Assembly (NCBI GenBank): GCA_051362555.1
Contig: CM120642.1
Location: 33,170,001-33,234,000 of the forward strand
Source: Lingula anatina
Lineage: Eukaryota > Animalia > Brachiopoda
Direction: 5' to 3'
DNA length: 64,000 bases
In this document: piece by piece, positions 12,499 through 26,073 of the stretch
Numbering within the stretch: position 1 is the stretch's first letter
How the letters are laid out: every line of letters starts with the position of its first letter
Program-made: the position numbers and the translations under genes
Notes under the pieces: generated by a model
Database searches by the model: none
Seen by the model: the letters and a program-made list of their open reading frames with translations, nothing else
What the model was told of the DNA's origin: nothing

Positions 12499-15400
12499 TC
12501 CTTCATGAAATCTCTGTACCTAAAACAATGGGAAAATAGGAAAATATTATTTTAACAAATGCCCAAGAGTTTCTACATATGAAAACAGAGTGCAATGGTA
12601 CAATTCATAGAGAAAATCTAGACAGCAAAGCTTGCAAATATACAGACACTTAACAGAAAAGAAGCCATCCCCATTACCTGATTTTCACATGAACAGGCAC
12701 ATTCCAATAAACAGCAACTTTTGCAATTTTAAGCAATCCAATCATGGTTATTTTCAAGGTGAACACAAAAAAACCATTTCTACTAGTTTCTTATAAAGTC
12801 ATAAGTCATAAATCAAATTAATCTTTCATTCAGCTAAAGAATACCTTTAAAACTGAACTTTCTTTAAATTTTGGTCATCAATTGTCTACTTCATCTGTTC
12901 CCCCAGTTCATAAAGGTCAACTAAATGACGTACATGTTGTGCTGCATGTGTATTGCATTTTCAACACTCCCCCTCCCATATATATGGATCTAACTGCATG
13001 GCCAATTGTATAGTTGGTCAGGGATACTTATAGTACAGAGAGAAAACAGAAAAATATCTGTTCGATCATATCATGTTTTAGCAAATATAAAACTTTGCTC
13101 TTTGGTATTTCTCTAAGTTATACTGTATATGGTGGCATTTGGTTGCGTTTTGTGGCAAAAATTTGACTTTCAGAGCATCTTCAATGTCCACAACCAATTC
13201 TCCCCTTTTCTCTATCATATATATTACAGAGCAGCCGGTCGAGTGGAACCTGACAAATGACATAATTAAATAATTCACAAAGTATGGATCTTTTCTATCT
13301 TCACATAATTCACATAATTCTGGTGAATGATGTGTCCTGTTCCAATAGCAAATTCAATTCAGATCAATTACTTTCTCATCTGATTAAGAATCTGGTACGT
13401 ACTTCTATTTCATTCCAATCAATACATTTCTTAACACCATGATGAATGATTCACACCTGTTTCTAAGAGAAAAAAAATCCTCCTTTTTTCTGCCATTCAG
13501 AATAAACATGCTTGCATCTAAACTTGGAATATTCCACCATCCTGATTGCCTTTCTACAGCATTTTAATAATTTCACATTTCCTGAACCGGTAATCTTGAT
13601 CAATATTCAATTATTCCAACTTCCCAGACAAAGTAATCATTTTGGCACATATAAGTATTCACCTAGCTTTCATTTGTGTAAAGTTAAGGTGTCTTGGATC
13701 TGAGAGTGCTTTTGAGTGCTAGTGCTTCTGTCAGCCAACTGCTTTCCATTTCTAATACACAGTTTAGGGAATGAACAACAGTCAGCTAAGCAGAAAGCAT
13801 GAACTTTAGTTTACCATACGCCAACTTAAGCCTCGTGGCAAGCAGGGGGGGGGGGAGGAGGTCTTCATACTTAAAAAATATCAGAAGCCTATTTGACATA
13901 CAGTGTCCACCTACTTACTGCAGAATTTTCAACTGAATCATAACTGTACCAAACATTGACAAAGAAAAATCTTGACTAAGTTTCTCAATGTATTGGTAGT
14001 TTGGTCCATAAAAATTATCAGGCACAAGTTAAAAGACAAGACAGTAATGGCTGATGCAAGGTGGTTTAACTTATCACAGCAGTCAGTCAGGAAAACGGAT
14101 GATACTCAGTAATCAAATCATTCATGCTGATCCACTGCCTTATAAGATACAGCAATTCTTACCATTTGATGGTTACAACATAAATATATTAAGCTGGGTC
14201 TTAACAAAATGTTCAGACATAAAACATATTAAAAACGTGTTGTTATGTATGGAGGAAATGACCTGAAGCATGACTGGTCTGGCTGGGGGCAATCAGTAAG
14301 TAAGGTATATGTATGCTTTCAGATTCATGACAATATATATCTGAAGTTTTGTGGAGAAATTATTATTTTGGTACATAACCATCTAAATTGGTGAGACCCA
14401 CTTTAAGCCACAAACAGGTGTCCTAAGTTTCAAAGAACTGACAGTGCCTCTCCTCTACCCAGTATATGTTCTCTGTCATCATTTCAGTGAGAAACTGACA
14501 AGATTTTCAGATTTTAGATGTGAAAATCCCACAGTTAAATTCAGGGTGTATACTGGCTTCATTTACAGAACAAGATCCTAGTACTTAATAAAATACCTTC
14601 AATAATCTACTTTGTCCAAAAATATCACGTTCATCTAATTTATTTCATCAAGTTAGCCTTTCTGTGCAAATGGGGTATTGATTTTGTAAAAAAAAAAATG
14701 TTATTTAGCTAACAGAATTCACCTACAAATTCAATTTTGTCTTTTTTTCACAGTCATTTAAGTCAGAGTTCATGGTGATCTATAAAGTGACTGCCTCCTA
14801 GGGAAAAAGTCGATCTTTCACGATACTTAAGCTTGCATGTTTTTTTACGGGTAAAAGCCCCACTTCTACAGTATCATCTTATTATCAACTTTTTCACCAG
14901 CTAAATAGTTACATTACTCAAGAAATTAATTTCATGTCAAAATGTGAGAATATGATTTATGAGAGAAAGATAACGTTGAGATTACAAATAGCATTAACTG
15001 TAATATCTTTTACACCCCATTTCCATATATTTTTAGATCGATCTATCCCTGTGGGGAGTCTCACTAGGTTACTGTCAGCTTGGCCGGCTTAAGCGTCTGT
15101 ACCGCCTACTAAAAGCTGTAAAGGGGTAATTAACTATGGTGCCCGCTCGGCTGACAGCAATTTAGCGTGAACCCCCAGGGAATTAGGTCGATCTAAATCT
15201 TGATCTTTAGATTGATCTAAATCTCTGGGAAAGCACCCTTAATCACATGAATCTTCCACCATAATTACTTGAAACCTCTAACTTCACAATTAAATGCACC
15301 ATTAAACTGCTTTCATAGAATTTTCTGCAAGCATAGAGCTCATTTTTAACTTGGCTGGTGCTAAAAGCAAAGAAACAATAGTAAATGGCCATAACACATA

Positions 15401-18400
15401 GTCTAACATCAGATGTGCTTTTAGTAAAAGTTCTATAATACCATGAAAGCCGCTCCCCGCAGAGAACAAAGCCGCTGAAAAGATTACAAGTAAGTGTGAC
15501 AGCATTTCCAGGAGGAATACAATTATCCTGCTATTTCTCACGTAATGTATCAATCACTGCTCAGTCTCTTCAAAAGGTAATTTGGACTTTTAAGGTGCAC
15601 TTTAAGTCATTTTGCCATAAAAGCCAACCAAATGCCAACATATAGTTTCCAATATCATAAAGAAATACCAAAGAATCTTTTTTCATATTAATTTACCCAA
15701 AAAATGTTCTGCCTACTTTCTTTGCTGCAGATAACTATGCTAAATAAGCTAAAATTTGAAGAAGGTTCAGTTTTCATTCTCTTTCATGGCAGATTAATTT
15801 GATTGATCCCTGATAGGTCAACTTTCCCAATGAGTCGTTTAAGACACTAGTAGAAGTGGTTTATATATGTTATTGGAGTCCACACCGTTTCAAATGTATC
15901 GTTAAACAGTTAAGCCCAGTGCCTGACTTTTTTGTAGAGATTACAACCAGTCTATTGCAAATTTGATGACCATTCCTGACAATGCCAGTGATTATTTATA
16001 GTGTCATCACTCATTTACTAGTAGCTACCTTAAATTTACACATTTACTGAGGGCCAATTGCTTCTATTATGCCTTCAGAGCAATATCAAAAAGTCAACTT
16101 TACACAGCTGACTAAATCATTTTAGCAGGCTAAACTAACCTAAAAAATAGAAACTTTGCTAAAGTTATTAGATGACATGCTGTCTAAATTCCCCCTGACC
16201 CCCCCCCACCCCCCCCCACCCCCCGTCAATATATCTTCAGAATTCTGCACCCCATAAACATACAACACCATGTACAAGTCAATCAAGTCTCACAAGCATA
16301 CATGTACCACATCCATTATGCAAGGCAATTAGCCAAAACAATTTCTGACAAATCAACTTTCCTGCAAAATGAATAACCAATTATCAAAGGATAGAATAAT
16401 TGTATACAAACTGCTTCTTTAAGCATGTTTCAAGTCTTCTTCAACAACCCAAGAGACCATCAGGTCCTGTTCTCCTAGTATTCATTAATTAAAGTTAACC
16501 CACCCTGTGTATTGTTAACTGTATATTCCCCTTGCCAAGGGCCATTAATGGTTTAATGAAATATCTAGCCATGAAATCTTTTGCATGCAAGACAAAAGCA
16601 GATTGCCCCCCATAGGCCACTGCCACTTAGACAGCCTGACTTATATCATGTGAAACATCTTGATTAGCATGAGAGAGAGACGGGAATTCTGTGGTAGTTT
16701 TCCCAGAAAGCATCAAGTATTAATGGCGGAGAAATAGGCCTATCAATCTGCGAAGTGAACTTCATTTTCCTCAAACAGAAACAGATAACTTGGTCGCTGG
16801 GGTGAAATTTGGCAAAATAATTGGAGGTCTAGGGTTCAGATTTTATTTGCATCTCCTTGTGTGCCTGTCTGTCTGATTGCTTGTCTGTTTCTTATTTTAA
16901 CTCCCATATGGACCTGTCTGTCTGGCCGTCTGTCAGCAGGTCTGTCTGTTTATCTGTCAGCAGGTCTGTCTGTCTGTCCGTCTGTCAGCAGGTCTGTCTG
17001 TTTGTCTGTCTGTTTGTCAGCAGGTCTGTCAGCAGGTCTGTCTGTTTGTCTGTCAGCAGGTCTGTCTGTCTGTTTGTCTGTCAGCAGGTCTGTCTGTCTC
17101 TCTCTCTCTTTATCTGTCAGCAGGTCTATCTTTCTCTTTCTTTATCTGTCAGCAGGTCTGTCTGTCTGTCTGTCAGCAGGTCTGTCAGCAGGTCTGTCTG
17201 TTTGTCTGTCAGCAGGTCTGTCTGTCTGTCTCTCTCTTTATCTGTCAGCAGGTCTGTCAGCAGGTCTGTCTGTCTGTTTGTCTGTCAGCAGGTCTGTCTG
17301 TCTGTCTGTCAGCAGGTCTGTCAGCAGGTCTGTCTGTTTGTCTGTCAGCAGGTCTGTCTGTCTGTCTGTCTCTTTATCTGTCAGCAGGTCTATGTGTTTA
17401 TCTGTCTGTCTATCCTTCCATCTGTCTGAAAGCAATACCTACCCATGTCTGTGTGTGTTAGGAGCAACAGATAAGGCAGAGTACAAAGTAAAGGAATGAA
17501 TCTTGTTTATTAACCCCAAGGGAGTGATCCAGCATGCTAAATCACAATAGAAAATTCATTTCTATCACAGAATTGAAGCATAAAGAAGACAAAAAATGCC
17601 CAGGAGAGTTTTGAATACTCAGGGCAATGGTCATATTATCTAAAACAACGAGCACCTGACATGCCCCCCCCCCCTCCAATCCCCACAAAAAAGCACACAG
17701 CTGAGAAATGTAAGTGATAATATATGTATTACACTAGAGCCTCATTAGCCACAACTAGAACAAAAGCAGTTTCATGAAATATTACTCAACTTACCACTGC
17801 CTAATTTCCTTTTTGTCAACTGAAATGAAAAAACAGAGGTCATCAATAACCATTCAGTGCTAAAATATGTATCGTTTGAAGAGAACACTACGCACTTTTG
17901 GTTAGGCTGAAATAACATGTAGTGACAATTTTCATTTCAAGGACTGGCAGTATGCCATCACATCAAATGGCTGAGAAAAAATGGTTTATCTGCTGGTTTC
18001 ATCTTAAAACAAGTGTTTGTATATATACCCTTAAGCTGCATTATAACGCCACACTTCATATTGTATTATCACAGCAACAAAAATGTATTTCCTTTCAATA
18101 ATAAACTATTAATATCAAAGTGCGAAATGAAGACAGAATAATGTTATAATAATAATAATCTGAAAGAAGATGACTTCCCCAAGAGGCACAAGATCTCGTT
18201 AATCATTCTTATATTTATTCCCTAGAAATTCACCTGTGAGGAATCATTCCATTCAGAGGGGAGATAGCATCATACGGTATACAGTAGACGAGAAGATTAT
18301 TATCGAGTTACGCTATGTAACTCGGCCACCCTCAAAGTGAATGAAACTAGGAAATAATCAATAATCATCTGGATCATAATACCTCCACTAATATGATTAT

Positions 18401-19677
18401 GATAGATACAGACACTTCATTTGACCCTATTATTTTCCTCCGTGGCTGTTTTTATGCAATGACATCTCTAGAGATTTAGTTCTTAGATAGTCGTGTCCAC
18501 AATAGGGAAATTAGGATCAGTAAGTCTCATCTTCAATACTTGAAACAAATACACCCATAACTCTTACCACAGTAGCATGTAAATTATTCTCTCAATGACT
18601 AGGATAAAACCTTTCAGCTAAATGAAATTAAATGTATTCAAACATTCATACATGTTCAATCATCCACAAGAACTCTTCTTAATCTATAAATATCTAGCAG
18701 ATCTATTTGGACAACATGGAATATGTGGTGGAATGAGAGAAGTATAAGTGAGCAGCCATTCTGCAGCTGATGCTATTCACCTTAATTATACTCCATGCTG
18801 TTTGAGAGTAAACATATAGAGGGCAGAAATCTATATACATGGGAATGTACCAGTTGGAGTGAATTCAGTTTTAAAAAAGTTTTTTTTTTTTTCTCATTCA
18901 TTTCTATCCTACCTTAATCTGTGAGTTAGCTTTAGGGGTCTTTCAGCTTATAGATGTAAATAAAGGTGGATTGTGGTGATACCTACTAGATATACATGTA
19001 TTGGTACTTCTATTATTATTATTATTTTTTTTTTTTTTGAGGGAGACAGAGAGGGGGTGGCAGACGAAGAAAATCTTTGCACCCTGATAACTGAAAGCTG
19101 CATGTCTTCAAACTCAGTGACCTGTTGATCAGATCCGACTCTTAACAAAACAAACAGAAACTCATGTCTTTCTGTACTATCAGTGCCTCAGTCAACAGAG
19201 AACCCCCTGGATAACTTAAATGACATATTTACAATAGACTGAGGAAATCAATGCCTGTGCATCAACAGAAACTGTGCACAGTGCATTAACTGTTTTGTCC
19301 TAGAAATAGATGGTGATACAATTTGCAACAGTAATTTCAATTCGTTTATGTCGCGGTTTAATATCTATGGGTCGTTTTGTGCGATTCTTAGATTTATCCC
19401 TTTTTTTCAAAATTACTTTTAAAATGCTTCTGCCTTAGTAATAATCTCGTAATAAATAACGGTTAATGAATGTCATATAGTGATAATACGCATTCAATTT
19501 TTTAACTCAACCTAACAATGCCTCTTTGACTGGTAAGGCATGAGCTAATGACTTTCTTCACTATCATCTTTCAACCTCAACCCGAGATCTGACGAAGTAT
19601 ATCTACTTACAATATGTGCACGACATCAGATCCTTCACTTCATTGGATCCAAGCTGTTTGCTTGCCTGTTTCCCCAT
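12471..19677 (-). CDS. NCS1: Neuronal calcium sensor (NCS-1/frequenin-like), partial: coding exons 19611-19677, 17795-17819 and 12471-12519; remaining EF-hand exons not found in the window
   Basis: Spliced translation is MGKQASKQLGSNEVKDLMSCTY-F-DKKEIRQ-W-YRDFMKDCPSGVLREE. It has the N-myristoylation motif MGxxxS and the NCS EF1 signature WY..F.KDCPSG. All junctions are GT-AG (gtaagt, tttcag, gtaagt, ttttag, gtaggt) with consistent phases 1/2/0. The 25-nt second exon matches the known NCS-1 exon structure. The exact orthologue (NCS-1 or a paralogue) is not determined. Confidence 0.92.
15012..15238. mobile_element. Palindromic MITE, family A (PIF/Harbinger-like), diverged copy
   Basis: GATCGATCTATCCCTGTGGGGAGTCTCACTA ... 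TAGCGTGAACCCCCAGGGAATTAGGTCGATCT inverted arms, central AGGGGTAATTAACTAT and a TGGGAAAGCACCC end. Homologous to the copies at 24.8 and 35.9 kb. Confidence 0.7.
16915..17427. repeat. Compound (TCTG)n microsatellite punctuated by TGTCAGCAGG
   Basis: About 20 TCTGTCAGCAGG modules separated by variable runs of TCTG/TTTG/TCTC; lies in NCS intron 2. Confidence 0.93.
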
Positions 19678-20600
19678 ATTCCCGTAGCCTCAATTGTTCA
19701 TATGTTCTAACTACAACAGCAAAACATTCAGAATTTTGGGACGACTAATCCGACCCCGTCCTTTCATGTTTGGCGGCCATTTTCGACTCTTTGCTCAGTC
19801 ACATGATCAGGATGACGTCATTCGGGATTTCCCTTCTTCAACAGGTGAGATGTCCCCCTGCGACTTTGCATTTGCGTCCTTATCTCTGAACTTAATATCA
19901 GCACTATTTCTGTCTCTCGAAATGTTTGCTTTGTAAATCCGTCTATTTCTCTGGAAAATATTTGTACTGGCGACACATTTCTCAGAGTTAAAACTGTGGA
20001 CAGTCCAAGAAAATGCAGTGCCCAAGGCCTAGATCAATAGACATTCAGCGTTATTCAAGGCCGGCATGAGATTATATACGTCATTTGGTATAAATAACGG
20101 GGAAGCAGGTTCAATCATCGACCATGCAGAGCAATAGTCAATACAACTCCAAATCAATCTGAATCGGACTCGATCCGCAAGATAAAACGCTGGTGATAGG
20201 CGGTCAGTGATTTTACGATTTTCCGTAGCAGGACCTATACTCTCTGAGTTCACCAATCAACCTGTCCCGTCCGTTCTTTACTAGTTTGTCGTGATCGGTC
20301 GCTCCACACCCAACTCCACCACGTTAGATCAGTTTAACTAGACTAACGCACCCAGCAGAGTCCCGTGTATTCTGGAAAAAGTAACGTTAGCAGTATATTG
20401 TGTGAGCTATTCTGCTTATACACGAGAAGACGCTTGTCGTGCGCTGCGAGACTGATCGATAATATTGATTTGGTCTAAAAAGGCTGCAGAGAGACATGCA
20501 TTAGTGCGATGGGACATTGTTAAGCCAACGGAGAGCGCGTTTTGCGCCGCAAAGTGTTAATACGTTCTTACTTTGTGTCATGCGTCGATATTTTATATAA
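19678..20600 (-). promoter_or_regulatory. CpG-rich promoter/5' UTR of the NCS gene
   Basis: CpG-dense tract immediately upstream of the NCS ATG. It contains the CRE palindrome TGACGTCA (19813-19820) and short upstream ATG ORFs at 19780, 19767 and 19701. The TSS cannot be located. Confidence 0.55.
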
Positions 20601-21424
20601 TATGATTTCTGTTTGATTTTTAGTCTGATTCTCTTTATAGAAGTCTTGTTTTCCCTAATTATACCTCACCTGCAGAAATAAATATCTTGTGAAGCCTTCT
20701 ACAGTTTCCAGTTCCGAACCCCACAGGTGCGCGTCCCTTTGTATCAAGCCTTTACCAACTGCAGGGCTATTACATTCTGCCTAATAGTTTTTCAGAAAAT
20801 CCCTGGAATTGTCTGGTTGATAAACGCCTAACAACGACTATCTTGTCTAGTCTCGGCTTAACCGTTGTTGGCCGATTTCGTGAGAACACATAAACATTTA
20901 ATTTCAGATCCATTAAAAAGCCCATTACAAGTCCCAGAGGAATTCTTTCCGTGGTGAATAATTTGCTGTTCTTCTGTTCTTCGGGTAACTGGGGAGTTAT
21001 ATTAAAGGGATAACAACAGTTCGGTTGGGCAAAACAATTCCTTGGGTAAACGACGACTTCCCATACTTACCCATGATTAATGAATGAATGCATTCCTGTA
21101 TTTAAAGGTATTCCAATGTTTTTTTTTTTTTTTTTCTAAAAAGTGTTTTAAACAATCTCTTAAGAGATTATTATGGAGTTATAGTTATCTATGAAACTCC
21201 ACTTGGTCTGATGGCAAGCACAGATTCTAGAATAATTGTGATAACCGCTAATCTGGGGTAAAATGGAATTTATTATTTTGCAGAAGCCATCCGACACTTT
21301 TCTAGGGATTTTCTTTCTTTTATTTGATTGTGCAGTGAATTAGGAAGGAAAAGGTGTTCCAGAAAATGTGGTTTGAGACTGGTTAATACCTTAAAGTTTA
21401 AAGGATTAGTCTTACGCAACCCTG

Positions 21425-21427
<3 letters not shown>

Positions 21428-21474
<47 letters not shown>

Positions 21475-21530
21475 TCTTCTTCTTCTTCTTCTTCTTCTTC
21501 CCCTTCTTCTTCTTCCCCCACCCTCTCTCT
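21428..21530. repeat. (CT)n-(TCT)n microsatellite
   Basis: Read directly from the sequence. Confidence 0.95.
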
Positions 21531-24500
21531 CCTTTTTTTTCTTCAATCATTTTTTTGTTTTTGATGAAAAAATGCACTTCAGAATGTATAGACACACAAT
21601 AGACCCAGATAAATGAAAAAAGAAATGGCAAATATAATAGAAATGCATCATCTAAGTCAGATCGCGTCATATTTCAAGACTTTGTAGTCAACTAAAAGCC
21701 CCCATTCACCAGCCTGTTTTCAGCAATCTAGAGCGTCCGTTAATAAATCCGTTCATAATTGATTTTCCAGTGTCTGTGTCTTGGTTTCCAATTTAATGGG
21801 AAGCCTACAATGTTCTTACCATGTCTTTTGCCATGGACAATAGAAGCAATCAAAATTAATAAGACAACGTTTATTACTTTCACAGCGACCTTCTTAAGAG
21901 CGATTCTGTCATGTCACGTTATTCGCGACGGATAAGAAGACCCGTTGGCACAAAAACACCGCATCTATTTAGTGATTTGAGCTTTGTAGCGTAAACCAAA
22001 TGGCTCTTGAGTTAAAACTACACGTGGGACATACGATTTTCGTATGTAGGCCTATTGTACGTCAAGATTATGAACAATTAATCTCTACGCTCTTGTCTCT
22101 GCACTCATTTATTCGTTTGCCATATATTATTTTCATGGTTACTATTTATTTATTTATTCATTATTTCTGTTACCTAAGGGTTTCCAAGAAAGCTTATTGA
22201 TTAAATTTATAGTCACACATTTAGGATTTTTTGTTAACGTTGCCGGAAAAGAAACACCCAATAAACGTAAAGCATGAGTGGTAGTATATGTTTATTTTGG
22301 AGAAGATCGAAGATGCAATCTATTAATTCTGCGAGCAGCGCATTTTCTTCTCCGTTTTTTACAAATATGCTTCAAATATGGCTTAACGTATACACAACAG
22401 ACACAAGCTCCAGTGGGACATCTAAGCCTGCTCCCCTTGCCCTTGTTTCCACCCCATCTTTCACAGCATTTTGCTGTTTTAGCTTTTGATCTCACAATTC
22501 TTGGGTGATACCACACGAGAAACTGTAGACACAACTGTATCCTGGCACCCATGAGGCAATGGCTTGGCACGTAGAAACCCCTCGCGAATATTTAACAAAT
22601 GCAGTGCACACAGTTCACTGGGCAGTGCCAGGGTTGAGGAGACGCAGGAATCTCTCTAGCAGCGGTGCTGGTAGTGACAGGAAGATGAACAAGTGGGTTA
22701 ACAGGCAGGGCAAATTATAATTGATTATTCAACTAAATGTTGCCATATGCATTCATTTTCAACATAATACCTTGATTTCGCTCCCAAAGGAACACTTGCC
22801 TGTTAAAATCAATATCACGTCGGCGTTAAAATGTCGAAGAAATGCAAAAAATACCAGTGTCATTGGCAGTCGCTTCTTTAATGTGCTGCGGTTTCAGTGC
22901 TAACGGAACTCAATGCCCTAGATTCAAGACGCGGCACGTTTAAGGGTGGTTTGAAACTGGTGAACGATTTCTAAGAATCTCACGGCCTATTTGCTCGTCG
23001 AAAAAATGCAAGTGCAGGAACACAAGCGCAACACTGCTCCTTCATCGCGACAGTTATTCAAAACAAATCTATATTAGTGACTTGTTAGGCAAGCATTTGT
23101 ATTATTATTATACGATTGGGCGTGATTTTTAAAATTGATGTCACTATTTTCAGATAAGCAGACTGAATTTTGCCCCTCGTTCGTTTCTTGCTTTCTTATG
23201 GGGTGCAACAAGAATATTTCATTATCGAATAGATGCCACTTGGCCATGCCATCAGATACATATATCTATTGCATTACTTGGCATCATGTTTCAAATAAAG
23301 ATGAGGGAGAATTGACAGTGAGGTCCCGTTAAGACATCAAATCATTTCCCAAGGGAAATAAACCCCGTCATGCGTGGCCATGGTCGACGCAGTAGAACCA
23401 TTTAGACTGAGCAAATATCGTGAATTGCTGTCTAACCTAAGTTTGTTTGCATGTTTAAGTACCTTCAAAGGTACATACCAAGTAAGCCAACGTCACTTCT
23501 GCATGCAAATATCTTGTTCTCATAATGTATTTTTACATGTGAAATGGAAAACTGATAATCAATAAGACAAAAATGATGTCCATAAGTCCCTCCTGATACC
23601 ACTGAGCCAAAGAGGAAATTTGAAGACCCGGCTTATGTTTGACATTATGCTCAGAACATCTGACCCAAACTGCTGAGGTGAATGTCCATGTTTTCTGAAA
23701 AGAATATTAAAGGATGGACTGGCAATCTAGCCTCCTTTGTTTAGGCGACTACCTGCATCTAGTCATCTAGACAAATAGCACCTTTTTACTAAAGCTGCTC
23801 TCAGTTTTAAGACCAGACATTTTGTCATCTAAGATAAAACAGCCATTGGCCTAGAAGATACACATATGTATTTCACTATTTGTAATTATAATTTTATTTT
23901 TATTACATATATTTATTTATTTATTTATTTATTTATTTATCTTTTTGCTAGTCAGCCCCAATGCCCCAATATTCTCAACAGCTATGCTTTATTGTGGGTA
24001 AGAAATCATGTGCAGTTTTCGCCAAAACACCATTGTGACGAGGATGTTTTGTGCGATTGTTGAGAAGATAACAATGTCACTGTCTTATCAGTCACAATAG
24101 TGTGCTCGGAAAATCCGTAGTGGAGGAAAACAGATTTACAGTTTTTTAAATGCGTTGTGGCATAAGAACACTCAATCAATGTATTTACGCGACTCCCCTG
24201 ATAATGTTCAATAGACGAAATCAACGCGATGCTTCTCACCTTGGGCTTAACAAAAGACACTGCTATCAGTGGCACTTTTAAAAACACTGCGGTTGTATTC
24301 ATAAAAGGTTATCCGTGTTAGCGCAAAATAAAAGGGAAAAAACAATAAGGTAACAAGCCTAGAACCATCACTTATATCAATTTCAACACTTGGCATCAAC
24401 TTTTCTGTCCTTTTGTCCTTTGAGGGAAAAAATAACTTTGACCGTGTTCTGTTATCGATTATTGAAATCTGGAAGCACAAATAATCCATTGAAGCTCAAG

Positions 24501-24774
24501 AAATGTTTTTATTCTCGCCTACAAATATTCGAGGCACTAAATACTAGTGGCTTTGGTAAAAACATCCCCACAACGGTCTTCCGCTTTTCCATGAACTTGT
24601 ACAACAATGAAGGCCACCGAAAAACATTTAGGTTTACGAAATCATTACAAACCACTGGTTATCATATCGTTAACGTTTGAACCCACTTCTTTTGTCATTT
24701 GTACAAAAGTTCATTTTTTGCACTTTCAGACACGAAGAGTACAATGTAGAATTAAATCTAATTTAAAAGACTTT

Positions 24775-24930
24775 GAGACCATTCCCAGAGACTATCGTAC
24801 TAACTTTGGATCGAACTATCTCCAAGGGGATTCTCGCTTAATTGCAATTAACTTGGGCGGCATAGATGTCTGTCGCGTCTACTGATGCTGATAGGGGGTA
24901 ATTAACTATCGTTTAGCAGCTTCTGTAGAT
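24775..24930. mobile_element. Truncated family A MITE (left arm and centre)
   Basis: GAGACCATTCCCAGA...GGATCGAACTATCTCC...GGGGATTCTCGCT...AGGGGGTAATTAACTATCGTTTAGCAGCTTC is collinear with 35866-36020. Confidence 0.75.
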
Positions 24931-26073
24931 ATAATAAATGTCTAATACGTCAGGAGGCAGTTCAAACTCTGTAACAAGATTAGACTTTCCTTAAAACAGG
25001 TAATTTTACCTTTATTGAAATATAAACAACACAAACATGGCAATTATATACATGAACATCACAAACATAAATAGATTGGTGTACGTTATCGAGTAGGTGT
25101 TTTGAGCAGTTTGTGTAAAATAAATGTCACATTTTATCTTTTGACACCTACTACAATATCAAAATGCATTGTTGATGTATCGTATTCTCGATATTCATGA
25201 GATGCCGGCTGCGTGATGACGTCATTTCTCGGAAAAAGTTTCCGTGTGGAGTATCTAGTATCTAGTGATCGCGTTCTCTGTGTTACATGTACCCTTGTAA
25301 AGGGTAAGACTTCAACTTTCTTGCTTCACAAAACATGAGTTACCTTATAGAATCTGTTCCTGTGTCTACGATACAAAAATCTGCCACAATGCTGAAATGC
25401 ATTTCTATGCAAAATGTTCAATTCGTAATTGAAACTAGCATACATATAATACATTAGAAATCAATGTTCTTAATCGACCCTGTCACATGTAGAATTAATT
25501 CTTTCATTGAGCAATGCTTCGTTATTTAAGTTACCTTAATTGCGCTTTATGCTTTTCAGTCATTTGCACATATGCATATCATAAATATAAGAAAATATTC
25601 TATCATACAAAATAGTATCATATCTAATAAAAACAGAAGTAATTTTTGTGTGAGTTTTCAAGCAGAAACATTGATAACAAAAATTGCTTGAATAATTGGT
25701 AAGTGATTTACTCTCACGTGGCATACAATACGCAGAGTGAATGCTCTGTCTATAATTTCGAAATGATACAAAGTTTTATGTTACACGTCTCTAATCTCAT
25801 TTTCACCAATTCCTGGAATTCGATTTCAATGAACAATTCCCACAGAAACTTGTGTTCTGGGAGATCTTTGCAATTTCTGTCACCATCTCATAATGAAGTT
25901 CGACTGTTGCATCATTTATTGAATGTTGTGACGTAATTCAGGCTTTCCGCAATTACCAATGCTTGGCTGGTATCAAGTGCGCACGAAGATTCCTTTAGTT
26001 GCCTTTGTTTCTATAATAAAGAACTGACAAAACCATGTCCCCTTTTCTGGGGCATACGGGTAGCTGCCCAAAG

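Noticed and set aside
11745-12555. Three plus-strand ORFs of 163-264 aa
   Set aside because: They are artefacts of a stop-free 37-bp repeat read in rotating frames, antisense to the real NCS exon.
16857-17499. ORFs rich in SVCL/LSAG
   Set aside because: They are translations of a TCTG microsatellite.
21273-21670. Poly-E/RE/K and poly-S ORFs
   Set aside because: They are translations of CT/TCT microsatellites.
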